The notes beneath the pieces were generated by a model that worked only from the letters and a program-made list of their open reading frames with translations, searched no databases and was not told where the DNA came from. A program made the translations under genes and the position numbers. A stretch of 30,914 bases of DNA from Thermodesulfovibrionales bacterium (GTDB lineage Bacteria; Nitrospirota; Thermodesulfovibrionia; Thermodesulfovibrionales; SM23-35): positions 1-30,914 of the forward strand of contig CAVQRT010000034.1 of the NCBI GenBank assembly GCA_963715195.1. The letters are read 5' to 3'. The number at the start of each line of letters is the position of its first letter. The stretch's first letter is position 1. Below, piece after piece: positions 9,850-18,630 of this stretch.

Positions 9850-10983
9850 CTATTTCAGCCCGTAAAGAAAATCAGAGCAGGGTTCAATCAGGATATTGTC
9901 CCTTTTCAGCCGCTCCGTACCAAGATAAATCAGGTATCTTTTCGCCTCAGGATAATCCTGTCCGAACGATTTCAGAGACCGCAGGTCCGATGGATGAATC
10001 GCAGACGAGTTCTTCACCTCTATCGCCCAGAAGACATTTTTTCCATAGACAATGAAGTCTACTTCTGAACCGGCACTTGTCCTCCAATAGTGAAGGCCGC
10101 AACCCGGCATGCGATAATTGATCCAGGCCTTGAGATGCTGCGCGACGAGACCTTCAAGCGCAGCTCCCTGCGATTCCTCAGGACGATCAAGTGGTCCGGC
10201 CGGCCGCAGTGCGGAAAAAAGTCCTGCATCAAACAGGTAAAACTTGGGATGGGAAGCGGTTGACCGCTTCGCCCTTTTCGTGAAAACCGGAATCCTGTAA
10301 GAAAGAAGAAGGTCTTCGAGTATCCCGATATACCCTTCCACGACTTTTCTCTCCACTTCGCATTCGCGGGATACATTGCTCATATTGAGCGTTGTGGCAT
10401 GCGAAAAGCTGGTGGCTTCGAGAAAGCGCGAAAAGTTGCCGATATTTCTCGTCAACCCCTCCATCTGGACCTCTTCTCTCAGATACAGGTCGACATACGC
10501 ATGAAGGGCTGCATGGGGATCTTCACTGTTCATAATAAGAGGTATCAGCCCGATCTTCAATGCTCGTGCAAGCTCGAAATTGCTTCCGAGTTCTGATGCA
10601 ATGAAAGGGTGCATATGTTTCATGAGAGCCCGGCCGGCAAGGAGATTCACCCCTGCTCTCCGGAGTTTTCTGGCGCTCGAACCTGTCATTACGAACTGGA
10701 ACCCTTTTTTTTCCTCGATGAGGCTGTGCACAACCTCGAGGAGTTGAGGTGCTTTCTGTATCTCGTCGATAATGATGGTCTTTTCCCCCTTCTGCGCATG
10801 CACAACCTCCTTCAATCTTTCAGGACGCGCGTTGTAGCTCCTGAAGATATCGGGGAGAAGCATATCCAGATAGAATGCATCCGGGAATGCCTTCCTGACA
10901 TAGGTGGACTTGCCTGTTCCTCTCGGGCCGAAGAGAAAAAAGCTCTGTTTTTCTGATGTGAGGAATCTGTCTATTGTTTCCAT
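9850..10983 (-). CDS. AAA+ ATPase (AAA_14) with DUF4143 and C-terminal PD-(D/E)xK-like motif
   Basis: GPRGTGKST Walker A, IIIDEIQK Walker B, TGSSARKL, KFYLFDAGL, YWRT..GSEVDFI..AIEVK. Confidence 0.9.
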   Translation of the reverse strand: METIDRFLTSEKQSFFLFGPRGTGKSTYVRKAFPDAFYLDMLLPDIFRSYNARPERLKEVVHAQKGEKTIIIDEIQKAPQLLEVVHSLIEEKKGFQFVMTGSSARKLRRAGVNLLAGRALMKHMHPFIASELGSNFELARALKIGLIPLIMNSEDPHAALHAYVDLYLREEVQMEGLTRNIGNFSRFLEATSFSHATTLNMSNVSRECEVERKVVEGYIGILEDLLLSYRIPVFTKRAKRSTASHPKFYLFDAGLFSALRPAGPLDRPEESQGAALEGLVAQHLKAWINYRMPGCGLHYWRTSAGSEVDFIVYGKNVFWAIEVKNSSAIHPSDLRSLKSFGQDYPEAKRYLIYLGTERLKRDNILIEPCSDFLYGLK

Positions 10984-11061
10984 ATATAGTCTAAAAATGG
11001 AATCAGTTATTCCAAATATAAAGACAAAGAAGAGAAAAGTCAAGTTTCTATGAGGTTAGGG

Positions 11062-11081
11062 TATTGGACAAATGTCCAATA
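11062..11081. promoter_or_regulatory. Perfect palindrome, candidate transcription-factor site
   Basis: TATTGGACA-AA-TGTCCAATA between divergent genes. Confidence 0.55.
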
Positions 11082-11128
11082 GACAGCTTCCATTTTTCTT
11101 GAGAAAATGATTGTGATAAAAAACCACT

Positions 11129-11332
11129 ATGAATATCCAGCAGGCAAACTTATTTATTGTCGATGATGACCGGTCTTTCGGCAGGTCACTCAAGCGGTTA
11201 TTGAACGCCAGAGGGATTGCGGCAGACTATTTTGAGTCAGCCCAATCTTTCCTCGATTCCGTTCCTTCCGGAAGGTTTATTAATACAATATGTCACTTGG
11301 AAATCAACAAGGGTTACCGCAACCTAAATTGA
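11129..11332 (+). pseudogene. Truncated response-regulator receiver domain
   Basis: LFIVDDDRSFGRSLKRLL..FESAQSFLDS then diverges before the phospho-acceptor Asp. Confidence 0.75.
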
Positions 11333-11357
11333 CGATTTTCCTAAATTCAACGAACGA

Positions 11358-11386
11358 TTGACAATACCTGATGGAACTGTTATGCT
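11358..11386 (+). promoter_or_regulatory. Sigma70 promoter of the cold-shock gene (long 5' UTR)
   Basis: TTGACA-17 bp-TATGCT with TGn extension, ~120 bp before the csp ATG. Confidence 0.7.
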
Positions 11387-11505
11387 TTAGCAGAAGCTTA
11401 ATGGAGCACTTGTTGTACTTATAACCTCAATATTTCCCGCTTTGCGGTTTTCTTATGACATTACTTCCTTAACACTTCAAATATTTAAAAAGGAGGTATG
11501 TCACT

Positions 11506-11709
11506 ATGGCACAAGGAACAGTAAAGTGGTTCAATGAGTCCAAGGGTTACGGCTTCATCACCCCGGAAGACGGTCCAGATGTTTTTGCTCACTACTCAGC
11601 GATTGAGTCCCAACAAGGATTTAAGACCTTAGCAGAAGGCAATTCGGTAAGCTTTGACATCGTCGAAGGCGACAAAGGTCCAAAGGCATCAAACATCGTA
11701 AGGCTATAA
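11506..11709 (+). CDS. cspA: Cold-shock protein (CspA family)
   Basis: [15 protein letters not shown] (RNP1), DVFAHYSAI (RNP2), [22 protein letters not shown]. Confidence 0.96.
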   Translation: MAQGTVKWFNESKGYGFITPEDGPDVFAHYSAIESQQGFKTLAEGNSVSFDIVEGDKGPKASNIVRL

Positions 11710-11714
11710 AGCCT

Positions 11715-11748
11715 AAAACCAGGCCCTGGGAAATCAGGGCCTGGTTTT
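11715..11748 (+). terminator. Rho-independent terminator after csp
   Basis: AAAACCAGGCCCTG-GGAAAT-CAGGGCCTGGTTTT. Confidence 0.85.
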
Positions 11749-11873
11749 CTAATATCCCACCACACGAAGAACGCAAAGAACAAAAGGCCGAAGTACGGTA
11801 TGACTCATACGCACGGGTTTACTCAAAATAATATTTGACAAGCATTGCACGAGACATGTGAGGATATAAGGGT

Positions 11874-12338
11874 ATGATAAGGTTTAGGGAATTTTCAGAC
11901 ATTTTCACAGGTACTGATTTCACTGGAAGAGATCTCAAAAAGTTCTACTACTCTGTAAGAAAATCGATCATCCTGCGACTCTCGGGCAGACGGTCATGGC
12001 CGGAGCTTCTAAGACTTGAGGAGAGCTGCCAATGGCCTGTACTCCAGAGGATCAGCGACCCTCAACTCCTTATCTATCAGAGAGCAGACAGGGTGTTGCT
12101 GGACAGGTTCATAAGAACGATTTCGCAAGAAAGAATCATAAGGGGGCAAAGGTCTTCAATCAACGCGGTTTCTTGTTGGTACCGGCTCAAATTCATAATA
12201 GAAGAAAGAACAGATCTTTTCATACAGATTTTCGATTTCTGCAGGAAGGATATCACGCACTGCAAAAGAGTTGCAGAGAGGCATATGAGTATCAAGAAAA
12301 GAAGAATAAAAAATAGAGGAAAACTCTCCAAAACTTAA
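11874..12338 (+). CDS. Hypothetical basic protein
   Basis: 154-codon ORF followed by a hairpin; no recognisable motif. Confidence 0.4.
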   Translation: MIRFREFSDIFTGTDFTGRDLKKFYYSVRKSIILRLSGRRSWPELLRLEESCQWPVLQRISDPQLLIYQRADRVLLDRFIRTISQERIIRGQRSSINAVSCWYRLKFIIEERTDLFIQIFDFCRKDITHCKRVAERHMSIKKRRIKNRGKLSKT

Positions 12339-12782
12339 TATCGTTGCCGGGGAGTGACACTTGGACGGACTACTCCCGGTCGGCATCTCCAGAAAAGGCA
12401 GAGCACCACAATCTAATCGGCCTCAGGAAACATGTAATCATCTTTGCAGCGAAGGTTCCGAGGTTCTGAGCTAAGAAATCTCTCAAAGAAGCAGTTAAAT
12501 AAGTTAGATTTCCTTGTATTTTACTGATATACTGCATCGTGAATTACACCCTTTATTACAAAGACGGAAGGTTCACGATGCGGATATCATCCTGTAAGAG
12601 AGATTTTTCAATTTCTTCCTCAGAGTCAATAGTTCTGCGGAAAATAAACAGAAGAAAAGTTGCTTCTCCTACTCATGTAGGATTGATTTCTTGATCTAAA
12701 CGCCTAATATTAAAATCACGAATGAAACATGTATGAAAGATTCTTCTGAGAGATTCAGCAATAAAAGAAAGGTGGTAATGAC

Positions 12783-13049
12783 ATGAAAGTTCGCGTTTAT
12801 TTGTCGAACAATCGGAGAGGTAAATATTGGGCTACTACAAGGCACCCACAATCCTATCAAAATCTGCCGGTCATTATTGACAATGGGAAAAATGTTATCG
12901 GGCCAAGGGATTCTATTGAGACTGAGGAGGGAAATATTCCAATAGGGAAAGTGACCGTCGGCAATCATGACGGAATGGGAAATCCTCTTGAACCCGAGAA
13001 CCAAGCGTCTTGGAAAGTAAGACTCAAATGGGCTGGGTATGAAGTTTGA
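12783..13049 (+). CDS. Hypothetical protein
   Basis: 88-codon ORF with AAGGTGG RBS-like sequence upstream. Confidence 0.55.
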   Translation: MKVRVYLSNNRRGKYWATTRHPQSYQNLPVIIDNGKNVIGPRDSIETEEGNIPIGKVTVGNHDGMGNPLEPENQASWKVRLKWAGYEV

Positions 13050-13192
13050 TATCTGATTTTGTCAGAAATGCATACAACATGTAGAGACCGCTGCCAAACT
13101 CGAAAAAGAACTCTGTGATCTTCAGGCTAATATTTACTCAAAAGCTCCTCAAGGCTGCTGGGCACAATAATTACTTGCTAAGGTATCAGAAT

Positions 13193-13326
13193 TGCGTGTT
13201 TGATGAAGAAATTGAGCGTCAAGGGGATTTCGAGCCCCGAAAATCACCAAAAGTGTGATGTCCACATGGTAATGTTGATCTTTGGTCTTCTTTGATATTT
13301 AAAGATTTCCGAAGCTACTCTGTACG
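13193..13326. repeat. Non-coding direct repeat, copy 2
   Basis: Aligns to 42-176. Confidence 0.9.
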
Positions 13327-13419
13327 CCGACCACTCTTTATAGTGTAAGCAATTAATCGCTCCTCGAGGTATAATTTTATGTTCTCACGATTGAGAGAGA
13401 CGAAAAAAGAAAGGAGATC

Positions 13420-14266
13420 ATGATGGATAGCAAGAAGGAGAAATCATCGTTATTTTCCCGCCGTAATTTCATAACAAAAGTGGGCATCTTTCTGGCAGGA
13501 GGAATAGCAGGGCATGGTACCAGCTTCGCATCGACGCCGGCCCCAACCGTGGCTGCAGCACCGCCCCTTCCATGGAAATGGGTCAAGCTCGATCCGCTGG
13601 AAGCCGGCAGGCGTGCCTTTCGCGCCTACCTTGAGCACAAAGGGTGAGGGAATGGTACATGGCTGGGGGTCTCCAGCCTTTTAAAAGAGAAAGTTGGTTA
13701 TCCATGGACAACGCTGCCGGACTATATGTTCGAACATGCAGGAGCCGGTTACGCCGGACATGGCACACTCTGCGGTACTCTTGGTGTCAGTTCTTACCTT
13801 ATCAACATGGTCGCCTACGATGACAAAGGAGGCTATGCACCACTCATAGATCGACTGATGTACGGGTACGCTGAGACTGAATTTCCTACTGAATCGTTTT
13901 GATGACATATCTCATTTTCCCAAGCAGGTTAAGGCCAAGGCAATGACACCCCTTTGCCATACGTCTGTATCCAAATGGGTTAACGTCGCAGGAGTCAAAG
14001 TGGATTCTAAAAGCAAAAAGGATCGCTGTGCCAAGGTGGCGGGTGAGGTCGTCTATCAGGTAGTGTCCCATCTCAATGATTACTTTGACGGCAAATGGAC
14101 CCCTCCCAAATGGGAGCCAAAGCCAGAAATCGCACACTGCTGGAAATGCCATGGATCGGACGATATGTTTTATGAAAAGGTAAGTCTTAACAGTCAGCAG
14201 GGGCATATGGACTGCCTGATGTGCCACACGGATCACACGAAGAAAAAGAAACAGACAAAGAAATAG
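13420..14266 (+). CDS. Tat-exported split-Soret-type diheme cytochrome c (C-GCAxxG-C-C family), probable selenoprotein; TGA at 13645-13647 read as Sec; +1 frameshift near 13890-13895
   Basis: Tat motif SRRNFI, then PLPWKWVKLDP. Read through the TGA: HKG-U-GNGTWLGVSSLLKEKVGYPWTTLPDYMFEHAGAGYAGHGTLCGTLG...YAETEFP. After the frameshift: RFDDISHFPKQV..TPLCHTSVSKW..KKDRCAKVAGEV..CWKCH..CLMCH (two CxxCH). Confidence 0.88.
13645..13678 (+). promoter_or_regulatory. Putative bacterial SECIS element
   Basis: 13 nt after the TGA: GGCTGGG-GGTC-TCCAGCC, a 7-bp stem with a G-starting 4-nt loop about 20 nt downstream of the UGA. Confidence 0.7.
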
Positions 14267-14289
14267 ACATTATCCGGGAGGAGCTAAAC

Positions 14290-15562
14290 ATGAGAAGAAG
14301 AGTCATCGCAGGTATTCCTTGCGGTGGCAGTAATGACATTTGCTGCCGGATTCAGCGCATTTGCTGCTCAAGAGGAGGCGGCGCCGATCATCAATACAGG
14401 ATTTTTCGAGCGCGATACACTTACCGGCGACTGGGGCGGCGCCCGACCCTGGTTGAAAGAACGTGGAATCACGCTCAAGCCCCGGCTTACCCAGTTCTAT
14501 CAGGGGATGACTTCCGGTGATGATGATCACGACTTTGAATACGGCGGCAAGGCTGACCTCCTGCTTAATGCCGACCTCAGCAAGCTCGGTTTTTGGAAGG
14601 GGTTATCCTTGACCGTCCATGCTGAATACAATTTTGGCGAGAGCGTCAATGGACGTGGTGGCACGATAGCGCTGGCCAATACCGCGCTGTACTTTCCGGG
14701 AATCGAAGGCTGGGATCGCTCTGACCTTTCGAGCGTCTATCTGGGGCAGAGGTTTGGCGACTCCGTTTCCCTGGTGTTCGGCAAGATGAACATGATCGAT
14801 CTCTCGGGTGCCAGACCATTCGCGGGCGGCGCCGGCATTGACTCATTCTGGAATGTCGTCTTCGTTGCCCCGCCCAGCGGCACTGTACCGCCTTACCTTT
14901 TTGGTGCCCTACTAAGCGTGCGGACCGAGACCGCCACTTTCGGCTTGTGGATCTATGACCCGGTTGATGCTACGAACAAGACAGGCTTCGAAGATCCCTT
15001 TAACGATGTCACGTTCCGCGGGAGCGTTGAATTCCCCGTCACCATTGGTGGCCTCAGCGGCCATCAGGGATTTGTCGCTTTATACAGTACCGAAAAAGGC
15101 AATGCTCCGGACACTTCTGACGGCATTCTTCTTCCCCGTTCCCTCTCCGTTGGCATCAAGAACGATCGTTACTACTTCGCGTATACGTTCGACCAGTATC
15201 TCTATCAGTCGAAAGAGAATCCCAGGGAAGGCGTTGGGCTGTTTGGACAGTTCGGCATCTCGGACGGCAATCCCAACAGGCTCTACTGGTCGGCCCATGT
15301 GGGCTTGGGCGGTACCGGCTTGATTCCGGGCAGAAGCCGGGACAATTGGGGCGTCGGCTACTATTACGCTGCCCCGAGCACCGATCTGAAGGATTCGCTT
15401 GCACGCATCCTGAAAATCAGGGACGAACAAGGCGGGGAGATTTTTTACAACTTCACTGTGACACCATGGCTCACCGTAGGCGCAGACCTGCAGGTAATCA
15501 AACCCAGTCTGGCAGATGACACGGCCGTCTTTTCCGGTCTCCGCACAGTGATCAAGTTTTGA
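14290..15562 (+). CDS. OprB-family (carbohydrate-selective-type) porin; +1 frameshift in the signal region near 14312
   Basis: GGAGGAG RBS before ATG 14290; TLTGDWGGARPWLKERGI, DLSKLG, GLIPGRSRDNWGVG, EIFYN..VTPWL..DLQVI, terminal F. Confidence 0.88.
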
Positions 15563-15671
15563 GGGTTAACGGTCAAACAGTTATATCAAGGCGGCCGGGC
15601 TTAGTTAATAAATAAAGCGCTATATAACCTATGGTTCTTTTATAGAACCCAAAAAAAGAAAGGAGATCATC

Positions 15672-16951
15672 ATGGATAGCAAGAAAGAGAAATCATCATT
15701 AGTTACCCGTCGCGATTTCTAAAAACAGGCAGCATTGTAATGGCAGCGGCAGCAGCAGGGATTGGTACTGGCATCGCTGAGGCAGCTGAGACTAAAAAGA
15801 AACTCAGCACGGTGCCGTTGAATTGGAAAGAGGTGTACTACACCAATTGTCCCCTCGTGTCCGCCAGCAATGTCGACCAGGAACTGGGTTGGACCAGAGA
15901 GGAGTACAAGAAGATCGGCGTCAAGTACGCTTTTCTCCGCTCCCGTCGCGAGAACGACTGGTATCCGCACTACATCCACAACCTCGACAACCTCATCCGC
16001 TTCGGCGGTTTGTTCCCCCCCATCCACGTTCAGGCGGACATCCGCAGGACCAGGCTCCTGGGGTTGACGCACGCACCACACGAAGGCGGCTGCATGATGG
16101 TGCGCTCCAGGGACGACATCTACCGGATGACCGAACTGAAAGGCAAGAAGATCGGCCTCTCGAAGAGCCTGAACACCATCAAGAACGACTGGTGGCGCAT
16201 CCAGGAGGAACAGGGCATCGAGCTGATGCTCAGGATGAACGGCATGACCCGCAAGGACGTGGAGATTGTGGAGTTCCCCTACCCGGATGACTGGTACAAC
16301 AATCCCGAAGATGCTGGATCCCATGGATAACCCGTCTGAATTGTGGCTCAAGCGTGACCACAAGCACGACCTGGCCTTCCGTCCGCTGGAGACCGCACTG
16401 GAAAAGGGCATCGATCGATGCGATCTATACTCAAAGCAAGCCTTTGCAGCAGCTCTCAGGAGGCGACGGGCAAGTTCAAGGCGATCGAGGACCTGTCCCG
16501 GTATCCGGACTGGACCCTGCAGGTGGCCAATATCCCCGCCGCCATCACCTGCACCGATGTGATGGCCGAGAAGCACCCCGAGCTCGCCGTCACGTTCATG
16601 AAAGGCATGATCAAGGTGGGACGCTGGGCCAACGAGCACAAGCACGCCGCGGCGGCGATCCTCGACAAGCAGACGTTCTACCTGGACGTCGAGCATACCT
16701 ACAGAGGCATCAAGGACATCGACATGGTGCCCAACCTGTCGCCCCAGAACCTGGCCTCTGTCGAGATCGGGAAGGACTTCATGCTGAGCCACGGCTACAT
16801 CAAGAACGACTTCGATGTGCAGAAGTGGGCCGCGCCGGAATTCCTTGAACAGGCGTCAAGGGAACTGTTGGAAGAAGAATGGAAGAAAAGGACCACTTCA
16901 AAACTTCCTGAGGCAGCTGCACCGCTGGGATCCGGGGAAAGGCTCGGGTAG
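15672..16951 (+). CDS. Tat-exported DszB-like / SsuA-type periplasmic binding-fold protein (possible desulfinase); four apparent frameshifts (~15720, ~16307, ~16412, ~16456)
   Basis: MDSKKEKSSLVTRRDF Tat leader; YYTNCPLVSA, HYIHNLDNLIRFGGLFPP, RTRLLGLT, ELKGKKIG, IDAIYTQ, HPELAVTFMKGMIKVGRWA, DFMLSHGYIKNDFDVQKWAAPEFL stitched over five frame segments. Confidence 0.82.
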
Positions 16952-17038
16952 TCAGGAGAAAGCTTAGAGGGGGGGTGCCCCCTCCCCTAACCACCGGCTA
17001 TAGTGCAGTGGGACACACAATAGAAGGAGAAGCTGGAT

Positions 17039-17704
17039 ATGAATGAACTCAATGCAGAAATGTTAAGGAACTGTTTCGCGGGCAAACGGGCTTTGGTGTC
17101 CCTGCTCCTGGTTGCCGTCATCGGCTTCGCGGCCACTGCAAGCCTTGTTGGAGCGGAGACCGGGAAGCCCGCTTCCGTGGCCGTGAACCGCCAGCTTCCC
17201 AAGGGGAAACAAACCACCCTTGGCCTCTACGTGACGGCCAAAGAAGCTTATGAAATGTGGAAAGCCGCGCCGGATAAGGTGAAGGTGATCGACGTGCGGA
17301 CCCCCGAGGAGTTTGCCTTTATCGGCCACCCGGAGATGGCAAGGAACATTCCCTTTGCCTTTGTGACCTATCAGAGAAAAGACGGCACGATTGAATACAG
17401 CGTGAAACTCAATTCGGATTTTGTCACCGAGGTAAAAACAATAGCCGGGCCGACCGATACCCTGCTGCTCATGTGCCGGTCAGGTGACCGCTCTGCCATG
17501 GCAGTCAACCAACTCGCGGCAGCCGGCTTCAAAAACGTTTACACCATCACTGACGGGATGGAAGGGGACAAGGTGGACGATCCCGGAAGCGTCTTTTTTG
17601 GGAAGCGGATGCGAAACGGTTGGAAAAACTCGGCACCTTGGACCTATAGCCTCGATCCCGAGAAATTCATCCTTAAAAAAGGCGCATCTAAGCAAACACA
17701 ATAA
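17039..17704 (+). CDS. Exported rhodanese-domain sulfurtransferase
   Basis: Hydrophobic N-terminal segment; VIDVRTPEEF, active-site loop MCRSGDRS, ITDGMEGD, NGWK. Confidence 0.92.
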   Translation: MNELNAEMLRNCFAGKRALVSLLLVAVIGFAATASLVGAETGKPASVAVNRQLPKGKQTTLGLYVTAKEAYEMWKAAPDKVKVIDVRTPEEFAFIGHPEMARNIPFAFVTYQRKDGTIEYSVKLNSDFVTEVKTIAGPTDTLLLMCRSGDRSAMAVNQLAAAGFKNVYTITDGMEGDKVDDPGSVFFGKRMRNGWKNSAPWTYSLDPEKFILKKGASKQTQ

Positions 17705-17799
17705 TCGAAATAATACAGCAAGGACTAAAAGGAGGAAGAGAATGAAATTAATGAGTTATACCAGAAACGAAAGCGATCGAAGTATCTGCAGGCACGAGG

Positions 17800-18576
17800 A
17801 TGTTGAGCAGGTTGGCTCTTTTTGTTTTCCTGTTCCTCATGCTTGTCACAGTGATGCCTGCCAGTGCGACAGCGGAAGAGACAGCACAGAAGGATGGCTG
17901 GCAATTCGGTGCAAATATTTATATGTGGATGCCAACTATCGGCGGGAAAACTGCCAGCGGGGATACCATCGAAATAAACTTTGATGACATCCTCAAAGAC
18001 CTTGAATTTACCTACATGGGTGGTATTGAGGCACGCAACGGTAGATGGCATCTCACAACGGATATCATTTATATGAATCTTGAGCAAGATAACAATCGCA
18101 AAGTGACCGTGCTTGACGGGAGCGGTCTCAAGGTTGATGCCACGGTGAAGCTCCAGTCCTGGGTCGTAACACCTGCTGTCGGCTACAGCTTCATCGAGAC
18201 TGAAAAGGTCAGGATGGAAGTTCTCGCCGGTGCGCGCTATCTCTGGCTGAAGCCGGAACTGGACCTCGATGTTACCGGTCCACTGAAGTCAAGAGATAGG
18301 CATATCTCTGATTCGGGAGATGTGTGGGATGGCATTGTTGGTATCAGGGGCAATCTGAACCTGGACAAGAATTGGTATGTTCCGTACTACATTGACATTG
18401 GTACCGGTGAGAGCAACTTAACCTGGCAGTGGATGGCGGGTTTCGGCTGCAAGGTCAGCAGGGTGGTGGATGTGGTAGCAGCATGGCGTTATCTGTATTG
18501 GAAGTTTGATGATAATAAAGTGCTCGACAATCTTTACATCAACGGTCCAATGGTCGGGGTAAAGTTCCGGTTCTAA
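17800..18576 (+). CDS. Outer-membrane beta-barrel hypothetical protein
   Basis: Signal peptide; W.F....Y.W, GARYL, DGIVG, YIDIGTG.S.LTWQ, terminal GVKFRF. Confidence 0.8.
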   Translation: MLSRLALFVFLFLMLVTVMPASATAEETAQKDGWQFGANIYMWMPTIGGKTASGDTIEINFDDILKDLEFTYMGGIEARNGRWHLTTDIIYMNLEQDNNRKVTVLDGSGLKVDATVKLQSWVVTPAVGYSFIETEKVRMEVLAGARYLWLKPELDLDVTGPLKSRDRHISDSGDVWDGIVGIRGNLNLDKNWYVPYYIDIGTGESNLTWQWMAGFGCKVSRVVDVVAAWRYLYWKFDDNKVLDNLYINGPMVGVKFRF

Positions 18577-18630
18577 AGAAACATGGGTGGAAATATCTAT
18601 AACCAAATTATTGAGATAGAAAGGGATAAA

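Noticed and set aside
11757..11800. ACGCAAAG..GGCC resembling a c-di-GMP-I riboswitch
   Set aside because: Lacks the upstream GCAAA/GAAA-tetraloop stem; looks like low-complexity ACGAAGA-type repeats.
13899..13901. Second TGA in the cytochrome frame as another Sec
   Set aside because: It arises only because of the +1 shift just upstream; the protein continues in the next frame (RFDDISHF) and no Cys is expected there.
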